Positions 59,966 to 64,000 of a DNA stretch of 64,000 nucleotides are shown piece after piece. Position 1 is the stretch's first letter. Each line of letters starts with the position of its first letter. A model generated the notes under the pieces. The model saw only the letters and a list, made by a program, of their open reading frames with translations, was not told the DNA's origin and ran no database searches. The translations under genes and the position numbers were made by a program. This stretch comes from Alphaproteobacteria bacterium (lineage in GTDB: Bacteria; Pseudomonadota; Alphaproteobacteria; UBA828): the NCBI GenBank assembly GCA_965221125.1, contig CBDCRW010000006.1:192001-256000 (forward strand). The letters are read 5' to 3'.

Positions 59966-60715
59966 ATGTGCACACTCGTGATCCTGCGGCGCCCCGGCCA
60001 CGACTGGCCGGTGCTCATCGCCGCCAACCGCGACGAGATGATCGACCGTCCCTGGCAGCCGCCGGGTCGCCACTGGCCCGACCGGGCGCACGTGACGGCA
60101 GGCCGGGACGAGCTTGCGGGCGGCACCTGGTTAGGTGTCAGCGACGACGGCGTGTGCGCCGGCATCCTCAACCGGACGGGCGCGCTCGGGCCGGCCGCAG
60201 GCAAGCGCACGCGGGGCGAGCTGGTGCTGGATGCGCTCGATCATGCCGACGCTGCGGCCGCCGCCATGGCGCTCTCCGATATCGACGGGGACGCCTACCG
60301 CCCGTTCAACCTCGTGGTCGCCGATTCGGACGAGGCGTTCTGGCTGCGCCATGACGGCGGCAGGGCGCCGGTCTTCCACGCGCTGCCCGTGGGTCTCTCC
60401 ATGTTCACGGCGCGCGAGCGCAACGACCCGGAATCGGCGCGAATTCGCACGCATCTCGCCGCGTTCGAGGCCGCCCCGCCGCCCGATCCCGACCGTGGCG
60501 CGTGGGAGGAATGGGCTGCGCTGCTCGCGCGCGGGACCGGCGACTCGGGAGGCGATGCGGAGGCCGCCATGTGCATCGAGCCCACAGCCGGATTCGGCAC
60601 GGTGAACGCTTCGCTCATCGCGCTGCCGCGCTCCGGCCGGGCCGACGTTCGCCCCGTCTGGCTCTTCGCGGCGGGGCCGCCGAATCGCCATCCATTTGAA
60701 AGCGTTGAGATTTAA
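59966..60715 (+). CDS. NRDE/TANGO2-family protein
   Basis: MCTL...AANRDE...GGTWLG...RGEL...PFNL. Confidence 0.92.
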   Translation: MCTLVILRRPGHDWPVLIAANRDEMIDRPWQPPGRHWPDRAHVTAGRDELAGGTWLGVSDDGVCAGILNRTGALGPAAGKRTRGELVLDALDHADAAAAAMALSDIDGDAYRPFNLVVADSDEAFWLRHDGGRAPVFHALPVGLSMFTARERNDPESARIRTHLAAFEAAPPPDPDRGAWEEWAALLARGTGDSGGDAEAAMCIEPTAGFGTVNASLIALPRSGRADVRPVWLFAAGPPNRHPFESVEI

Positions 60716-60880
60716 AGGGTCATCCGGGCGGCCGTTCCGCCACCCTCGCCGCGAAGGGCGATGCTAGGCGCTGTCGAGGACAGGCGATTGTACAAGCCCC
60801 TTGATGCGACTATGTTGACTCGGTAACGGCGCGGGTTCTTTCCTAGGCTGGTGCCGCGCCCCACATCGAGGATCGCGTCC

Positions 60881-61666
<786 letters not shown>

Positions 61667-61672
61667 GATCGC

Positions 61673-61915
61673 GTGCGAGCTCGAGTCCACATCACCCTCA
61701 AGCCCGGCGTTCTCGACCCTCAAGGAAAGGCGATCGCGAGTACGCTCGCGCGCATGGGCTTTGCCGGCGTGGAAGACGTGCGCCAGGGCAAGTATCTCGA
61801 ACTCGATCTGGCCGAGACCGACCCGGCAGCGGCACGCGCGCAGCTCGACGCCATGTGCGCGCGCCTGCTCGCCAACACCGTGATCGAGGACTACACAATC
61901 GACATTGCCGAATGA
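61673..61915 (+). CDS. purS: FGAM synthase subunit PurS
   Basis: LKPGVLDPQGKAI...VRQGK...LLANTVIEDY. Confidence 0.97.
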   Translation: MRARVHITLKPGVLDPQGKAIASTLARMGFAGVEDVRQGKYLELDLAETDPAAARAQLDAMCARLLANTVIEDYTIDIAE

Positions 61916-62212
61916 GCCGGCGCCCGACAGCCCGAGTCGACTCTCCCACCTCTCTCCGGCCCTCTCCGCCTCCGGGGGCGGAAAGGGAGACCCTTCCGGT
62001 GCCGTCCGCGTCCCTCCACTTCCCATCCGATTCCCCCCAACATGGTCCGGTGCACGAGGCGCGGAGGCCGCGCCAAGATCGCGCCATGTATTGCGTGAGC
62101 GAGCAGAGGGCCGTTGTCCGCGGAATGGTCGGCGGACGTTCGGCGGCAGGGCGGCTGCCGCCCATCAGGCCGGTTCGTGGCGCCGTCGTCGCGGCCGGAG
62201 CCCGTTCTGCCC

Positions 62213-62262
62213 TGTCTCGCTTTGTCTCGCTTTGTCTCGCTTTATCTCGGCTTATCTCGGCA
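62213..62262. repeat. 10-bp tandem repeat (TGTCTCGCTT x3 plus 2 degenerate copies)
   Basis: TGTCTCGCTT TGTCTCGCTT TGTCTCGCTT TATCTCGGCT TATCTCGGCA. Confidence 0.85.
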
Positions 62263-62357
62263 AATTGCCCAAAAAATTGTCTCCATGCTGTCTCACTTTG
62301 CCTTGTTCTGCGCGGCGAACCTGACGCGCTGCGACCCCGCCCAGCCGGGAGAGCGGG

Positions 62358-63043
62358 ATGAGGGCCGCCGTCATCGTCTTTCCCGGCTCCAACTGCGACC
62401 GCGACGTCATGGTGGCGCTGGAGGCCGCCGCGGGCCGGGCGCCGGCGATGGTCTGGCATGACGAGACGGCGCTGCCGGCTTGCGACCTGATCGTGCTCCC
62501 CGGCGGCTTCGCCCACGGCGACTATCTGCGCGCAGGGGCCATGGCGGCGCGCTCGCCGGTGATGGCCGACGTGGTGAAGCGGGCCGAGGCGGGCGTGCCG
62601 CTGCTCGCCATCTGCAACGGCTTCCAGGTGGCGACGGAGGCCGGGCTGCTACCGGGCGCGCTCATGCGCAACGCTGGCCTCCGCTTCGTCTGCCGCTGGG
62701 TGAGCCTGCGCGTGGACGACGCCGAGAGTCCGTTCACCGCCGGCTACGCCCACGGGCAGGTGGTGCGCATGCCGGTCGCCCATCACGACGGCAATTATTG
62801 CGCCGACGAGGAGACCCTGGCCCGGCTGGAAGGCGAGGGGCTCATCGCCTTCCGCTACGTGGACGAGGACGGCGAGACCGGCGACGGTGCAAACCCGAAC
62901 GGCTCCGCCGCCGACATCGCCGGCATCCTCAATCCGGCGCGCACGGTGCTGGGCCTCATGCCGCATCCGGAGCGCGCGGCGGAGCCCGCGCTCGGCGGCG
63001 CCGACGGGCGCGTCATGTTCGATTGCCTGGTGGAGGCGCTCTC

Positions 63044-63047
<4 letters not shown>
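62358..63047 (+). CDS. purQ: FGAM synthase glutaminase subunit PurQ
   Basis: FPGSNCD, PGGF, ICNGFQ, MPHPER. Confidence 0.97.

Positions 63048-64000
<953 letters not shown>

Noticed and set aside
62213-62262. CRISPR array
   Set aside because: The repeats are 10 bp and contiguous with no spacers. No cas genes or repeat-spacer arrays were seen anywhere in the window.

Overview
This window looks alphaproteobacterial: it carries a DUF1476/zeta-subunit gene and a DriD-like WYL regulator, and the core genes are GC-rich. It splits into two parts. (1) About 1-46655 is the right part of a large defence/mobile island. Its right boundary truncates a phytanoyl-CoA dioxygenase (PhyH) gene just after the HQD motif, next to two tandem tyrosine recombinases. 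In order, the cargo is: a three-gene TnsB/ExeA-ATPase transposon with an IS256 nested in its end (8-bp target-site duplication); a Dcm-[B3-like+NurA]-HerA-Vsr operon; an Azaca-like hypothetical-PLD-SF2 helicase operon; a double-AAA ATPase-DriD-like WYL-papain-like peptidase-AddB/AddA-like cluster; an IS110 remnant; a Ser/Thr kinase; RHH/MobC-like genes; a DEDDh-BRCT-HIRAN protein; Gabija; two orphan PD-(D/E)XK nucleases; and an SbcD/SbcC-like pair. Integrase, relaxase and EEP remnants lie between the modules. (2) About 46960-64000 is ordinary chromosome: an SH3-MORN protein, tRNA-Ala(CGC), oxidoreductases, a sugar ABC transporter, PhyH, ComDE-like decarboxylase, zeta subunit, NRDE and purC-purS-purQ-purL. 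The best candidates for an undescribed system are the Dcm-B3/NurA-HerA-Vsr operon and the DriD-like WYL/AAA/peptidase/AddAB module. All calls come from reading motifs by eye; no database search was run.
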